A stretch of 64,000 bases of DNA. Origin: a phage. How positions within the stretch are numbered: position 1 is the first letter of the stretch; every line of letters starts with the position of its first letter. This document shows positions 22,806-32,365 of this stretch, piece by piece. Location: sequence record PQ400055.1. One strand, 5' to 3'. The position numbers were made by a program, and so were the translations under genes. The notes below the pieces were generated by a model. It was given only the letters and a program-made list of their open reading frames with translations. It was not told where the DNA came from and ran no database searches.

Positions 22806-23042
22806 ATGATTAGCTTTAAACGTTTTTTGGTTGAGGCCGCTATTGACGGTTTCATGCGTAAGATTTATTCTTGTAATACTATCGAGGGATTAAATGAACT
22901 TGAGGCATATTATGAGAAGCGCAAGAAAGAAACAGAATTGAAACCTGCTGATGATATTTCGATCCGTGATGCCATCGCTGGACGCCGTAAGCAACTGGAA
23001 GCGGACAACGAGCCGGAAGAGGAGCCGGAAGAGGATTTTTAA
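22806..23042 (+). CDS. uvsW.1: UvsW.1-like small acidic protein
   Basis: 78 aa directly after uvsW, as in T4. Confidence 0.7.
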   Translation: MISFKRFLVEAAIDGFMRKIYSCNTIEGLNELEAYYEKRKKETELKPADDISIRDAIAGRRKQLEADNEPEEEPEEDF

Positions 23043-23045
23043 GAT

Positions 23046-23071
23046 ATAAAAAAGCCCCATCAATGATGGGG
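23046..23071 (-). terminator. hairpin terminator, functional orientation minus
   Basis: GCCCCATCAATGATGGGGC flanked by A-run upstream on plus (T-run on minus). Confidence 0.5.
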
Positions 23072-23105
23072 CAAAATAAACCAATTAAAATCGGTTATCA
23101 ACAAA

Positions 23106-23282
23106 TTACATTAACAGCATTGTTTGCTCTACGAGTTGTTCTTGTTCTTCGCCGTTCGCATCTTCACTAATCGAACGTTCTGTTACTAGCTGTAAGCAGT
23201 AGCCAGTGTGAACAACGCCGTTTTCTGTCTGGACGGATAACGCATCCTCGACAGGTTGTTTACAACAAATACAGATTTTCAT
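23106..23282 (-). CDS. small Cys-rich protein (58 aa)
   Basis: MKICICCKQPVEDALSVQTENGVVHTGYCLQLV..; between uvsW.1 and uvsY where T4 has uvsY.-1/-2. Below six-frame track cutoff. Confidence 0.4.
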   Translation of the reverse strand: MKICICCKQPVEDALSVQTENGVVHTGYCLQLVTERSISEDANGEEQEQLVEQTMLLM

Positions 23283-23303
23283 AAAAATTCCTCCTGCATG
23301 TAT

Positions 23304-23711
23304 TTAGCGACCAGATTCCAGCATACGCAATTCTATAGCATTCTTGATCGCAAAGCCACGAGATTTAACGATATCAAGTGCGCGACCAGAAAAATCCATT
23401 ACCATCTGGTAATATGCAATTTTCGTATCAAGCGGTAAGATCTCGTCGTCTGCTGCCATGACAACTTTCAATTCTGATTTCTCATATTCAGCACGACACC
23501 AGTCATCACTACGGTTAGTGTAAAAATCAAGACGATTTTTCATAGCCTTTTTCTTTTTAGCCTCAAGAGCAATCGTCTCTCTTTTCGCCTCGCTGTAAAT
23601 CCTTAACCACTTTGAGTATACTACCGGATTATTCAGCGCCTCCCATTGCAACTTAGTCGCATCGATCTTCATGTCAGCTTCTAATTGTTCTTTCAAATCG
23701 TTTAGGTCCAT
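23304..23711 (-). CDS. uvsY: UvsY recombination mediator
   Basis: 135 aa; motifs KLQWEALNN, RLDFYTNR, IVKSRGFAIK match T4 UvsY from memory. Confidence 0.9.
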   Translation of the reverse strand: MDLNDLKEQLEADMKIDATKLQWEALNNPVVYSKWLRIYSEAKRETIALEAKKKKAMKNRLDFYTNRSDDWCRAEYEKSELKVVMAADDEILPLDTKIAYYQMVMDFSGRALDIVKSRGFAIKNAIELRMLESGR

Positions 23712-23758
23712 AATATCCCCTTATTCACACTAAGACCTATATCATATCACACACAAAA

Positions 23759-24157
23759 TCACTTTGCAAGTCTTATGCGTAGTTGTTCAAGATCATCTGG
23801 GTTATCTATTACTGAAAAGTAGATTGATACTATGATTGAGTTATCGTCGTACTGCGGAGTTACTTCTACTGTCAGGTTTCGGACCCGTGGTTCATAGTTT
23901 CGGATCGCCTCATTGATGTTTTTTGATAAGGTATCCACCGTCAGTGGGTTCATGTTCTCAAACAAAGATTTATTGAGATCGCATCCAAACAGTGGATCAA
24001 ATGGACGAGATCCCTTGCGAGTAGTCACGATCAGTAGAATAGAATCCTTAACCGCTTTAATCCCTATGTTCTTTTTAACGTCGTTATTCCACGATCTGGA
24101 TATATTGAGATCCAAATCAGTATACATCTGATTAATAGTTGCCATGTTATACCTCAA
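23759..24157 (-). CDS. 25: baseplate wedge protein gp25
   Basis: TTRKGSRPFDP.FGCDL, FENM.PLT.DT, RNYEPR, SVIDNPDD match T4 gp25 from memory; real start may be the Met at 24145. Confidence 0.9.
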   Translation of the reverse strand: MRYNMATINQMYTDLDLNISRSWNNDVKKNIGIKAVKDSILLIVTTRKGSRPFDPLFGCDLNKSLFENMNPLTVDTLSKNINEAIRNYEPRVRNLTVEVTPQYDDNSIIVSIYFSVIDNPDDLEQLRIRLAK

Positions 24158-24783
24158 AGAATTTTAAGGAAACTGGATAGACCTGATAATGAATATACAC
24201 CAGATTCCCCGCATTCGCACTTGATCGGTACTGCCAGCGTGATTTGATTTCTTGTTAGCTCGTCGATCACTTCTTCCACTTTATCCGTGGTAAGCATATC
24301 CAGCACGCGGTCAAAGTCCTGTGCGTTCAGGTCGTCTATATTGAATTGCTGATCGCCGATCACGATATATTCGATACATGCAATTACCATCTGCATAATA
24401 TCAACATCTTCTGTAAACTTAGGTTGACGAAACTTGATTTTTACTTGTCCTAAGTCTAGAATATATGGTTCAACTTCTGGTATCTGTGTGCGTGAAACAT
24501 CAAGAGAGTATACTTTCTCTTTATTGCATACACCACACACCCAAGTAGCATCAATTTTCATCTTATTGAGGCTGTGACACCATAAGAGAAGAAAAATATA
24601 TTCTGCTTCGCATTTCTCTAGCTCTAATGCATTGATCCCCGTACATTCATGTATGATCTCTATAACAACCTCTGACAGCTTGCCAGTCTCTTTTGCTGCT
24701 ACCAGTTTTTGAAATTCGCCGAAGGTGAAAGCACGGGCGTGTATCAACTTTTCGCCTAATTGGATCTTGAAAAAGTATTGCAT
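24154..24783 (-). CDS. 26: baseplate hub subunit gp26
   Basis: 209 aa (T4 gp26 208 aa); position upstream of gp25. Confidence 0.8.
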   Translation of the reverse strand: MQYFFKIQLGEKLIHARAFTFGEFQKLVAAKETGKLSEVVIEIIHECTGINALELEKCEAEYIFLLLWCHSLNKMKIDATWVCGVCNKEKVYSLDVSRTQIPEVEPYILDLGQVKIKFRQPKFTEDVDIMQMVIACIEYIVIGDQQFNIDDLNAQDFDRVLDMLTTDKVEEVIDELTRNQITLAVPIKCECGESGVYSLSGLSSFLKIL

Positions 24784-24825
24784 AATAAAACACCCTTTAT
24801 AAACACATAGAATTATTTAGTATTT

Positions 24826-24833
24826 TATAAATA
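24826..24833 (+). promoter_or_regulatory. late promoter motif TATAAATA upstream of gp51
   Basis: Exact TATAAATA about 21 nt upstream of gp51 ATG in the divergent 26/51 intergenic region. Confidence 0.5.
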
Positions 24834-24853
24834 CCCGAAAGGGGGATTATACC

Positions 24854-25624
24854 ATGAATATTATCCGAATAAAACTACCGGAAGGTGTGCAGAGATTTAA
24901 ACCATTCACGGTAAAAGATTATAGAGATTTCCTTCTGGTGTCAACTGAAATTAAGATGAATCCAGAAGAAGAACAAACGATTCTTGATGAGCTATTAGAA
25001 GAAATATATCCAGACGTAGATCCGGCATTTCGTGAATATATTTTCCTGAATGTCTTTACTAGTTCAATTGGTAAAACTAAGATACCGCTTTGTTTTACTT
25101 GCCCGACTTGCAACAAAGAAAGAAGAATGTTGCTTAACTTACAGGTTGAAGCACTAAAACCAATCGTTCTAGAGGCCGCAGGGCTTAAAATAACTTTCCG
25201 GTATGTTAAACCATCAACCGACTATGCAAAAACGTTTCTGGATGCGATAGAGCGTGTATCTGATGGTATTAATGACTATCTATGGACTGAATTGCCGGAA
25301 GAAGTTAGAGAACAGGTTATCGATTCAATCTCATTTTCTGAATTTGAAGAAGTTGTTAAGCAGATGCACACAATCAAGATCGAACAAAAGATATCTTGTT
25401 GTGAGAGTCATGACCTGAAATACATAGGTCTTCTTCCATTATTCAAATTGTTGTTGAATCCAGATGAGTTATTCATCTTTTATCGAATAAACCATCTATT
25501 GGCAAAATCAAATTATTCTATCAGTGATCTTATGGACATGTTGCCCGTCGAGAGAAACATTGCACTGACACTGGTCGAGAAAGACGTAAAAGAGGCAAAC
25601 AATGCAAAGAACGGGGTTTCCTAA
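24854..25624 (+). CDS. 51: baseplate hub assembly catalyst gp51
   Basis: 256 aa (T4 gp51 249 aa); gene order 26/51/27. Confidence 0.8.
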   Translation: MNIIRIKLPEGVQRFKPFTVKDYRDFLLVSTEIKMNPEEEQTILDELLEEIYPDVDPAFREYIFLNVFTSSIGKTKIPLCFTCPTCNKERRMLLNLQVEALKPIVLEAAGLKITFRYVKPSTDYAKTFLDAIERVSDGINDYLWTELPEEVREQVIDSISFSEFEEVVKQMHTIKIEQKISCCESHDLKYIGLLPLFKLLLNPDELFIFYRINHLLAKSNYSISDLMDMLPVERNIALTLVEKDVKEANNAKNGVS

Positions 25625-26711
25625 TGTCTCAATAAAACTTTATCAGGATTATGAGGCATTTCTAAATCATCGCTTTATAGAATTGGGTGCTACCTTTGTT
25701 ACAATGACTCTGCGTGATTCGATTCGTGGGGTGAACGAAGGATTGTTGCAATTCTATGATAATAAGGCGATGCATACAAAATTAAACGGGAGAGAGATCA
25801 TTCAGATTTCGCTATCCACTGCTAATACAGATGAAGTGTTTAACCGAATCTATGGGATCTCTCATAGTAATGTAACAATTGACCAAAAATCCGACAACAT
25901 TTTAACATTCCAGTTAAAGAGCTATCACGAATCATTAAACCTTAAATTTTCTCGCTCATTGACAAATAACGCGGTTAATAACGTAACTAGCATGATTGAT
26001 GCCATCTATAAGGAAGTTCCTTTATGGAAACCTACTATAAAGGGTGATAACGTTGTTATTCCTCGTTGTCCGTGGGTTAGTACCATAAATGACTATATGG
26101 ATTTTGTGAGGGCATACGGGCAAAGCGTAGAAACCGAGTCTTTCGTGTATTGCTGGGAAGATTTTGATGGTATAACGATCGCTGGACACGATACAATATT
26201 AAAAAATGAGCCAATACCAGCTATAATCTTTGAGCCTAGACTCATGGGGCAGTTTATTGATATGTCGCCTAATCTGATGGTTTTTAATTTCGAGTGGCAG
26301 ACTAAGAGCAATGCTAAAGTTAAAAATTCATTTAGCAATGTGACATACACAACTATTGATTTTGTTACTAAGCAGTATAATAAAATTATTGTTGGTAATG
26401 GGGATAACATTGCACACTTTGCTCATGGTGGCGCTTATGGCGATTTAACTTATAAGAATGCGTTTTTGGAAGGTTCTAAACTTGCCACAATAGAACAATA
26501 TGATTCATATGCTACCGCCGTGTGTCACGGTAATTTTTCGTTGCGCCCCGGTATGGTTATTCGATTCTTTGATGAGAAGCAACAAGCACGCAATGATTTT
26601 ATTGTTGACGAAGTGGTGCATGAAATTAGCCGAGAGCAATCATTAACTCACCTGTATATGATCGGTAACAGCGAAGAATTACAGGAAGTCAAATTTGAAG
26701 GTAAGATATAA
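25602..26711 (+). CDS. 27: baseplate hub subunit gp27
   Basis: N-terminus MQRTGFPNVSIKLYQDYEAF..MTLRDS..NEGLLQFYD matches T4 gp27 from memory. Confidence 0.88.
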   Translation: MQRTGFPNVSIKLYQDYEAFLNHRFIELGATFVTMTLRDSIRGVNEGLLQFYDNKAMHTKLNGREIIQISLSTANTDEVFNRIYGISHSNVTIDQKSDNILTFQLKSYHESLNLKFSRSLTNNAVNNVTSMIDAIYKEVPLWKPTIKGDNVVIPRCPWVSTINDYMDFVRAYGQSVETESFVYCWEDFDGITIAGHDTILKNEPIPAIIFEPRLMGQFIDMSPNLMVFNFEWQTKSNAKVKNSFSNVTYTTIDFVTKQYNKIIVGNGDNIAHFAHGGAYGDLTYKNAFLEGSKLATIEQYDSYATAVCHGNFSLRPGMVIRFFDEKQQARNDFIVDEVVHEISREQSLTHLYMIGNSEELQEVKFEGKI

Positions 26712-27229
26712 TGACAGAAACTAAACCTATGTTAAAATTTGTTGTTCCTGTAAAAAAATTAGAGATAAACGGGAAACATATCAAGATCCCAAAAATGGGG
26801 ATTAAGCAACATCGATTATTAAAAGATGTTCGTAGCTGTGATGAAACATTAAAGATTCTTCTTGATTCAATCTGTCCTGGGTTAAACGCTGCCGAGTCTG
26901 AATTGGTTATGCTTAACCTTTGTGCGTTTAATGGTAAGTGTCTGGAAGAAAAAGATGGTCTTAAGCTGTCTGATGTGTATATTTGTACAGAGACTGAATT
27001 TACTTTAAATGGTAAAGTCTTTAAATTTAAAAATCCAATGTATACTTCTGACCCCATTATCGATGACGCTGATTTCTTGAGTCATCATTATCACGATCCT
27101 AGCGTAGACTTCCATGATTTCCCAGCTTTTATTATGGATTGGGCTACAGGATTAAGAAAAACTATTGCACTGGATACACCGGAAGGTACTATCTATGGTG
27201 GAATTAACATATTGGATCGCCTATCATGA
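26711..27229 (+). CDS. 28: baseplate hub distal subunit gp28
   Basis: 172 aa (T4 gp28 177 aa); position. Confidence 0.75.
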   Translation: MTETKPMLKFVVPVKKLEINGKHIKIPKMGIKQHRLLKDVRSCDETLKILLDSICPGLNAAESELVMLNLCAFNGKCLEEKDGLKLSDVYICTETEFTLNGKVFKFKNPMYTSDPIIDDADFLSHHYHDPSVDFHDFPAFIMDWATGLRKTIALDTPEGTIYGGINILDRLS

Positions 27230-28959
27230 ATGACGCATTAACATCATTTCGCGGGATGCGCAAGGAAGCGGAAGAAAACCCGATTGATAAACTTAACAAA
27301 TTAGAGAAACTTGATTCTATTGATAATTTGCAAGCCGCTACCGAATTGGTGGCGGAGACAGTAGAACAAAAATCTAATGAAGTTGTTGGTGCGGTAGAGG
27401 ATAACACCGCAGCCAATGAATTGACGGCAGAAAATACACAATCTACCGCTGGCAATACCCAAAAAACTTATGAAGAATTGCAAAAACTCAATAATTTCTC
27501 TTCTCAGATGAATGAGAAATTACGTGGTTTTGGTGTTATGATGGAACGTAGATTTGGTGTTGTCAGTAAAATGGCTAGCGGTATTGGTGCGATTGAAGAA
27601 GCACTGAAAAAACCGGAACAACCGCAAACAATGCCATCACCTCAGCCAGTTTTGCCTACTGTACCGGAACAGCCTAATAATGACAACTATCAAGGTCTTC
27701 CAAAGAAAAAACCAGATGTTGATGACCGAAAGAAAAAGAACGCCACAGATAAGCGTAATGCCGATTCTATGGAAAATCTTCTTAAAGTTGTTCGTGGAGG
27801 ATTTAAAGAAACCATAGGTATCTCTAATAAGGTCTTAGGGATGTTATTTAAGATCACTTTGACCGCTATGGCAGAAGCCGCAAAATGGGGTGCTATTTTG
27901 ATGGGTATTGTTTTTGTCATTGATACCCTGATGGTTCATTTCAGATATTGGAGTGATTTATTCGAAACAAAATTCAGTGAATTTATGGATAAGGCCGGAG
28001 ATTGGGCTGGTCCTATTAGCGATATTTTAACTACTGTTCGTCAGGTTCGAGATTATTGGTCTAAAGGAGAATATAAAGAATTAATTAAATCGCTGGTTAT
28101 GGGTATTGGTGATGCATTCTATAAAACCTTTATCCAACTTGATCGAATTATCACTACTGGTATTGCTAAAATTCTTCGCATGATCCCTGGTATGGGTGAT
28201 TATGCCGATAATTTAGAATACGGTGCTTTAAAGTCTGCTGTTGCTAAAGGCTATAAGCCAAATGAAAGAGAACTCGAATTAATGGATAAGGTCGAGTCTG
28301 AACACGAAGAAGACAAATATGGAGAGCGCACAGGATGGACAGGAAAAGCCCGTGATATTGGCGAGGCCATAGGCGAATCTATTAAAGATAAATTTAATGA
28401 AGGTCTTGTTAGTCTGGGCTGGAGAGATCAAAAGGATGTTGACGCAGAGAAACGACAAGAAGAATTAAAACGCGGGGAATACAAGTCTGTTTCTGCTGAA
28501 CAACGATCTGCTAGTCGTAAACTTAAAATTAAAAGCGAGGGAGCGATCAATAATATTAATGAAGTTATGGAGAATTTGAGCGGTGACTATGACAAAGAAA
28601 GAATGGAAGAGTTGAAAAAGGATATTGATGTTTACCGTGAGCAAGTTCAAGATCCTACATTAGTTGAAAGTGATCGTTCTCAGTTAGAGCGTCTTATTGA
28701 AAAATTTGATGAGATGTATGCTGATAAAACTAATGGTGTGGTTCCAACTAACCCTGTTCCTGCAACTGAAACGGAAACAGCAAAACAAGCGGAACGTACT
28801 GAACAAATGCAGAAACAAGCTGCAATCCAGCAACAAACGACAAATCAGACCTCAAACGTAAATAATACACAAATTGTAACAAACAATAGAACTATTAAAC
28901 AGGGTGCACCAACAACTAGAATTGATGCCCCTGGTACAATTAATATGGGGAACTTTTAA
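27226..28959 (+). CDS. 29: baseplate hub/tail length determinator gp29
   Basis: 577 aa (T4 gp29 590 aa); position between gp28 and gp48. Confidence 0.8.
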   Translation: MNDALTSFRGMRKEAEENPIDKLNKLEKLDSIDNLQAATELVAETVEQKSNEVVGAVEDNTAANELTAENTQSTAGNTQKTYEELQKLNNFSSQMNEKLRGFGVMMERRFGVVSKMASGIGAIEEALKKPEQPQTMPSPQPVLPTVPEQPNNDNYQGLPKKKPDVDDRKKKNATDKRNADSMENLLKVVRGGFKETIGISNKVLGMLFKITLTAMAEAAKWGAILMGIVFVIDTLMVHFRYWSDLFETKFSEFMDKAGDWAGPISDILTTVRQVRDYWSKGEYKELIKSLVMGIGDAFYKTFIQLDRIITTGIAKILRMIPGMGDYADNLEYGALKSAVAKGYKPNERELELMDKVESEHEEDKYGERTGWTGKARDIGEAIGESIKDKFNEGLVSLGWRDQKDVDAEKRQEELKRGEYKSVSAEQRSASRKLKIKSEGAINNINEVMENLSGDYDKERMEELKKDIDVYREQVQDPTLVESDRSQLERLIEKFDEMYADKTNGVVPTNPVPATETETAKQAERTEQMQKQAAIQQQTTNQTSNVNNTQIVTNNRTIKQGAPTTRIDAPGTINMGNF

Positions 28960-30017
28960 TGAAAATTAGTGTTATCAATGATGCCGTTGATAGCTTTAAA
29001 GCGGGGGTTAAAACCTCCGCTGGTTTTACCTCAAAAAATAAAGGGAAAACATTAACCGCTCAATTCCCCGCTGAACGTGCTAGCGGTAATGATGCTAGCG
29101 GTTATTATATCAACGACTTATATAATAATGGTCTGTTATTCACTGCATACGATTATACATCTCGTACTACCGGATCGTTGCGTGATTTCAGGAAAAAGAA
29201 AAATGTTGCTAGTGGTTTTGGTGGTAGCGTTAATATCGCTGGTTTTGATTTAAATTTGGGTGGGAGAAATGCTGCATTTGACCGAGAGGCAATTGCTAAT
29301 ATTCTTCTTCCTCGTAGTCAATCTGACGTTGACGCTGCTAGCCATAAGTTTAATGATGTTGGTGAATCTGTCATTTCTCGCGGCGGTGGTACTTTAGGCG
29401 GTGCTCTTTCTAATATGGCATCTACTGCCGTTTTTGGTGGTATCGAAAGTATTACTGGTGGATACCTTGCCGATCACGGTGAACAGATTTATAATACTGC
29501 GCGAAGCATGTATGCTGGTGCTGACGCACGAACTAAAAACTACGTATGGCATCTAACCCCACGTAGTATTGAAGACCTTCGCAATATTCTGATCATATAC
29601 GAAACGTTTTTAGAATTGTCTTATGGTTCTAGTGGTATTTCCAGCACCGCAAAAGAATTAAAAGCGGAAGTTGATGCGTGGTATAAAAATACACTATTGA
29701 GAAAATCCACTCCAGAGGAAGCGAAGAGAAATGATACTCTGTTTGAAGGGATCACCGATTTTCTATCAAACGCAATTACTGTATCTAACCCGACAATATG
29801 GATGATCTCTAACTTCGGCAAGCGTACATCGTTTGAAGGGCGTAGCGATGCATTTGGTCCCGCTCAGATCTCAAGTGTACGTCTGGACAAGTCGCCTGAT
29901 GGTAAGTTTAATGGCCTTGCTATTTCTCCTAACTTGCCGAGTACCTTTGTTCTGGAAGTATCATTTAGAGAGATCTTGACACTTTCCCGTGGTACTATAT
30001 TTGGGAGTGCGGCATAA
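28959..30017 (+). CDS. 48: baseplate tail tube cap gp48
   Basis: 352 aa; position. Confidence 0.8.
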   Translation: MKISVINDAVDSFKAGVKTSAGFTSKNKGKTLTAQFPAERASGNDASGYYINDLYNNGLLFTAYDYTSRTTGSLRDFRKKKNVASGFGGSVNIAGFDLNLGGRNAAFDREAIANILLPRSQSDVDAASHKFNDVGESVISRGGGTLGGALSNMASTAVFGGIESITGGYLADHGEQIYNTARSMYAGADARTKNYVWHLTPRSIEDLRNILIIYETFLELSYGSSGISSTAKELKAEVDAWYKNTLLRKSTPEEAKRNDTLFEGITDFLSNAITVSNPTIWMISNFGKRTSFEGRSDAFGPAQISSVRLDKSPDGKFNGLAISPNLPSTFVLEVSFREILTLSRGTIFGSAA

Positions 30018-30949
30018 TGTTTGATTTAAATGACTTTAACGAACAAGCCGCTAACCTTGACTTTCAGCGATCTAACTTATTCAGCGTGGCATTTGCCACC
30101 ACTCCAAGTAATAAGACACAAGCGATCCTAGAAAGTATGGGCGGTGCGGTATATGATATTATACCAAATGCATTAAATGACTATTTCGGGATTACTCGTG
30201 GTGATTATACTGACGCATTAACAAATCTTGCTGTGCAGGGTGTTAGGCGTGCTGTTGATTCATCTGGTGTCAAAAAGTATCTTTTAGGTGCAATGTCATC
30301 CCGCGTAGTTCAATCTCTTCTGGGGCAATTTGATGTTGGTACATATGCGCTTGATTGGTTCAATATGGCATATAAGACAAGCGGTCTTCTGGTGTATGCT
30401 GTTAAGGTTCCAGAAAACAGATTGAATTATGAAATGGACCGTAACCACAATGCGCCAAACATTCGAATTACCGGACGTGATTTTGATCCGCTTGTATTGA
30501 GCTTTAGAATGGACTCTAGCGCATCAAACTATAGAGCAATGCAGGATTGGGTTAACTCAGTAGAAGACCCAGTTACAGGGCTTCGTGCGCTTCCTGTTGA
30601 CGTTGAAGCAGATATTCAGGTTAACTTACATAACCGAATGGGAGTTCCTCACACGATCATGATGTTTAATGGTTGTGTTCCTGTTGGTGTGAGTGCACCG
30701 GAATTAACCTATGAAAACAACAACGAAATTACAACATTCGATGTTACTTTTGCGTATAGGACTATGCAAACTGGTGCTGTAGGAGAGCAAGCCGCGCGAG
30801 AATGGATTGAGGATAAGGCAATAAACGCAATAACAAACACTTTCGGCAATAATTTACTTGATAGTGGGTTATCTGCTGCTGGTAATGCTTTATCGCGTCT
30901 AAATGGCGTTGGTGGACGTGTGGTGAATACTGTCACTAACTGGTTCTGA
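30017..30949 (+). CDS. 54: baseplate tail tube initiator gp54
   Basis: MFDLNDFNEQAANLDFQRSNLFS..ITGRDFDPLVLSFRMDS..NYRAMQDWVNSV.DPVTGLRALP matches T4 gp54 from memory. Confidence 0.9.
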   Translation: MFDLNDFNEQAANLDFQRSNLFSVAFATTPSNKTQAILESMGGAVYDIIPNALNDYFGITRGDYTDALTNLAVQGVRRAVDSSGVKKYLLGAMSSRVVQSLLGQFDVGTYALDWFNMAYKTSGLLVYAVKVPENRLNYEMDRNHNAPNIRITGRDFDPLVLSFRMDSSASNYRAMQDWVNSVEDPVTGLRALPVDVEADIQVNLHNRMGVPHTIMMFNGCVPVGVSAPELTYENNNEITTFDVTFAYRTMQTGAVGEQAAREWIEDKAINAITNTFGNNLLDSGLSAAGNALSRLNGVGGRVVNTVTNWF

Positions 30950-30957
30950 TAAACGAA

Positions 30958-30985
30958 AGGCGGGGATTATCCCCGCCTTTTTATT
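30958..30985 (+). terminator. strong rho-independent terminator between convergent gp54 and lipoprotein gene
   Basis: AAGGCGGGGATTATCCCCGCCTT followed by TTTATTTT. Confidence 0.8.
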
Positions 30986-31466
30986 TTGCTAAATCATTGC
31001 AATATTTTAGTGCCTTAGTTTGAAATTCTGCGCTGTTAAGTTCTTCATAACGGTCATAATCACCGTTTAATGCTGCCTTTCTTGCTTCTTGTTCTATCTG
31101 CATGTCAGACATGATAATACAGCGATCCCGCGCTTTCATCTTCTCAAGTTGTATAGACTCTTCTTTCTGCTTGCGCAATTCTTCTTGACGCTTCTTTTCT
31201 TCTTGTGCTTTCTCTTCCCGCGCTTCTTTGATTGCATCCTTGAACATCTGCGTTTGTGGTGCTAAACCAACTTTAACGCGATCCACGTCTCGACGTTCCA
31301 TTTTAGAAATAAAGCATGATTCGATCTGATCATCACTTGCATATGCTGCTTTACATTCACGAAGCAAGAAAACCGGATCTGATTTAGCATTCATCATAGC
31401 TTCCATGTTGGCACAACCAGTAAGCATGAATGCAGCCGCAAGACCAATCAGTTTAATCATTTTCAT
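30981..31466 (-). CDS. lipoprotein (signal peptide with lipobox LTGC), charged coiled-coil-like
   Basis: MKMIKLIGLAAAFMLTGC.. then Lys/Glu-rich region; 161 aa. Confidence 0.6.
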   Translation of the reverse strand: MKMIKLIGLAAAFMLTGCANMEAMMNAKSDPVFLLRECKAAYASDDQIESCFISKMERRDVDRVKVGLAPQTQMFKDAIKEAREEKAQEEKKRQEELRKQKEESIQLEKMKARDRCIIMSDMQIEQEARKAALNGDYDRYEELNSAEFQTKALKYCNDLAK

Positions 31467-32287
31467 TTAGTCACCTCACCGAAAATTGTAAATTGTCTAC
31501 GATTCTCATCGCCGAAAGATTCTACTACGTCGTTTACCTTGACGCAAGTCCCTCGCGGTAAAATTACTTCACATTCGCAAGGGTTCCATGCAATTGACCC
31601 AACAACAAAACCTTTATGATCTTTTACGTCAATTACCCATGATACATTACAAGAATGTTGCATCTTTCCGGTCATTGATTCATATCGATTCTCACAATAA
31701 AGGCTAGTGCTGTTTGATAGCCATCCTCCAAAGATGATCGGTGTCATGCTGGTAGATACAAAGTTTTTAAAGGTAAACTCCTTATCTTCAATGATACGCT
31801 CTATTGTCTGAATGTCAAGATGTTGACCTCGATAAAGAGTACCGTTTAACTTTTCGGTTTTATCCATGACACAATCCATCAAATCAACAATCTCTGATAT
31901 CTCATCGGTCATGTCTTCTTCCCCTAAGAGAGCACCATTTACCCATTCGTATTGTTCAGACACATAATCACAGATTGCATTATATTCTGCTGGGGTTATG
32001 TTGTTATGTTTGTAATGTTTGAATACATTATCTCCAAAGTCTTCGGAGTGTACTTCATACATCACATTAATGATTTTCTTGACAAATCCATAATCTTGTG
32101 TCTCGCGCTCAAGGAAGCGGATAACCTTCACATAATCATCAAAGTTAATCTGATCGCTGATCATCTCAGTGATCATGTAACCATTAATCCCCTCAATGTC
32201 ATATGTTTCGATGTAATTATCCATACGTTCCATCATTGATTCGCGTGATTCTTCTGAAAGACGAAAATCCTGTAATTTCTTGAACAT
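31463..32287 (-). CDS. ADP-ribosyltransferase, short Alt-like paralog
   Basis: R-S-E triad elements LYRGQ, FVSTS, NPCECEVILPRG parallel to those in the adjacent alt; 274 aa. Confidence 0.7.
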   Translation of the reverse strand: MFKKLQDFRLSEESRESMMERMDNYIETYDIEGINGYMITEMISDQINFDDYVKVIRFLERETQDYGFVKKIINVMYEVHSEDFGDNVFKHYKHNNITPAEYNAICDYVSEQYEWVNGALLGEEDMTDEISEIVDLMDCVMDKTEKLNGTLYRGQHLDIQTIERIIEDKEFTFKNFVSTSMTPIIFGGWLSNSTSLYCENRYESMTGKMQHSCNVSWVIDVKDHKGFVVGSIAWNPCECEVILPRGTCVKVNDVVESFGDENRRQFTIFGEVTK

Positions 32288-32311
32288 TTTAAACCTCCCA
32301 TATAACAGAAA

Positions 32312-32339
32312 ACGGGGCTAGTATAAAACTAGTCCCCGT
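32312..32339 (-). terminator. hairpin terminator (minus) after alt
   Basis: CGGGGCTAGT..ACTAGTCCCCG long stem with T-run on minus strand. Confidence 0.55.
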
Positions 32340-32365
32340 TTGAGTCAACCATTATTTCTTAAAAA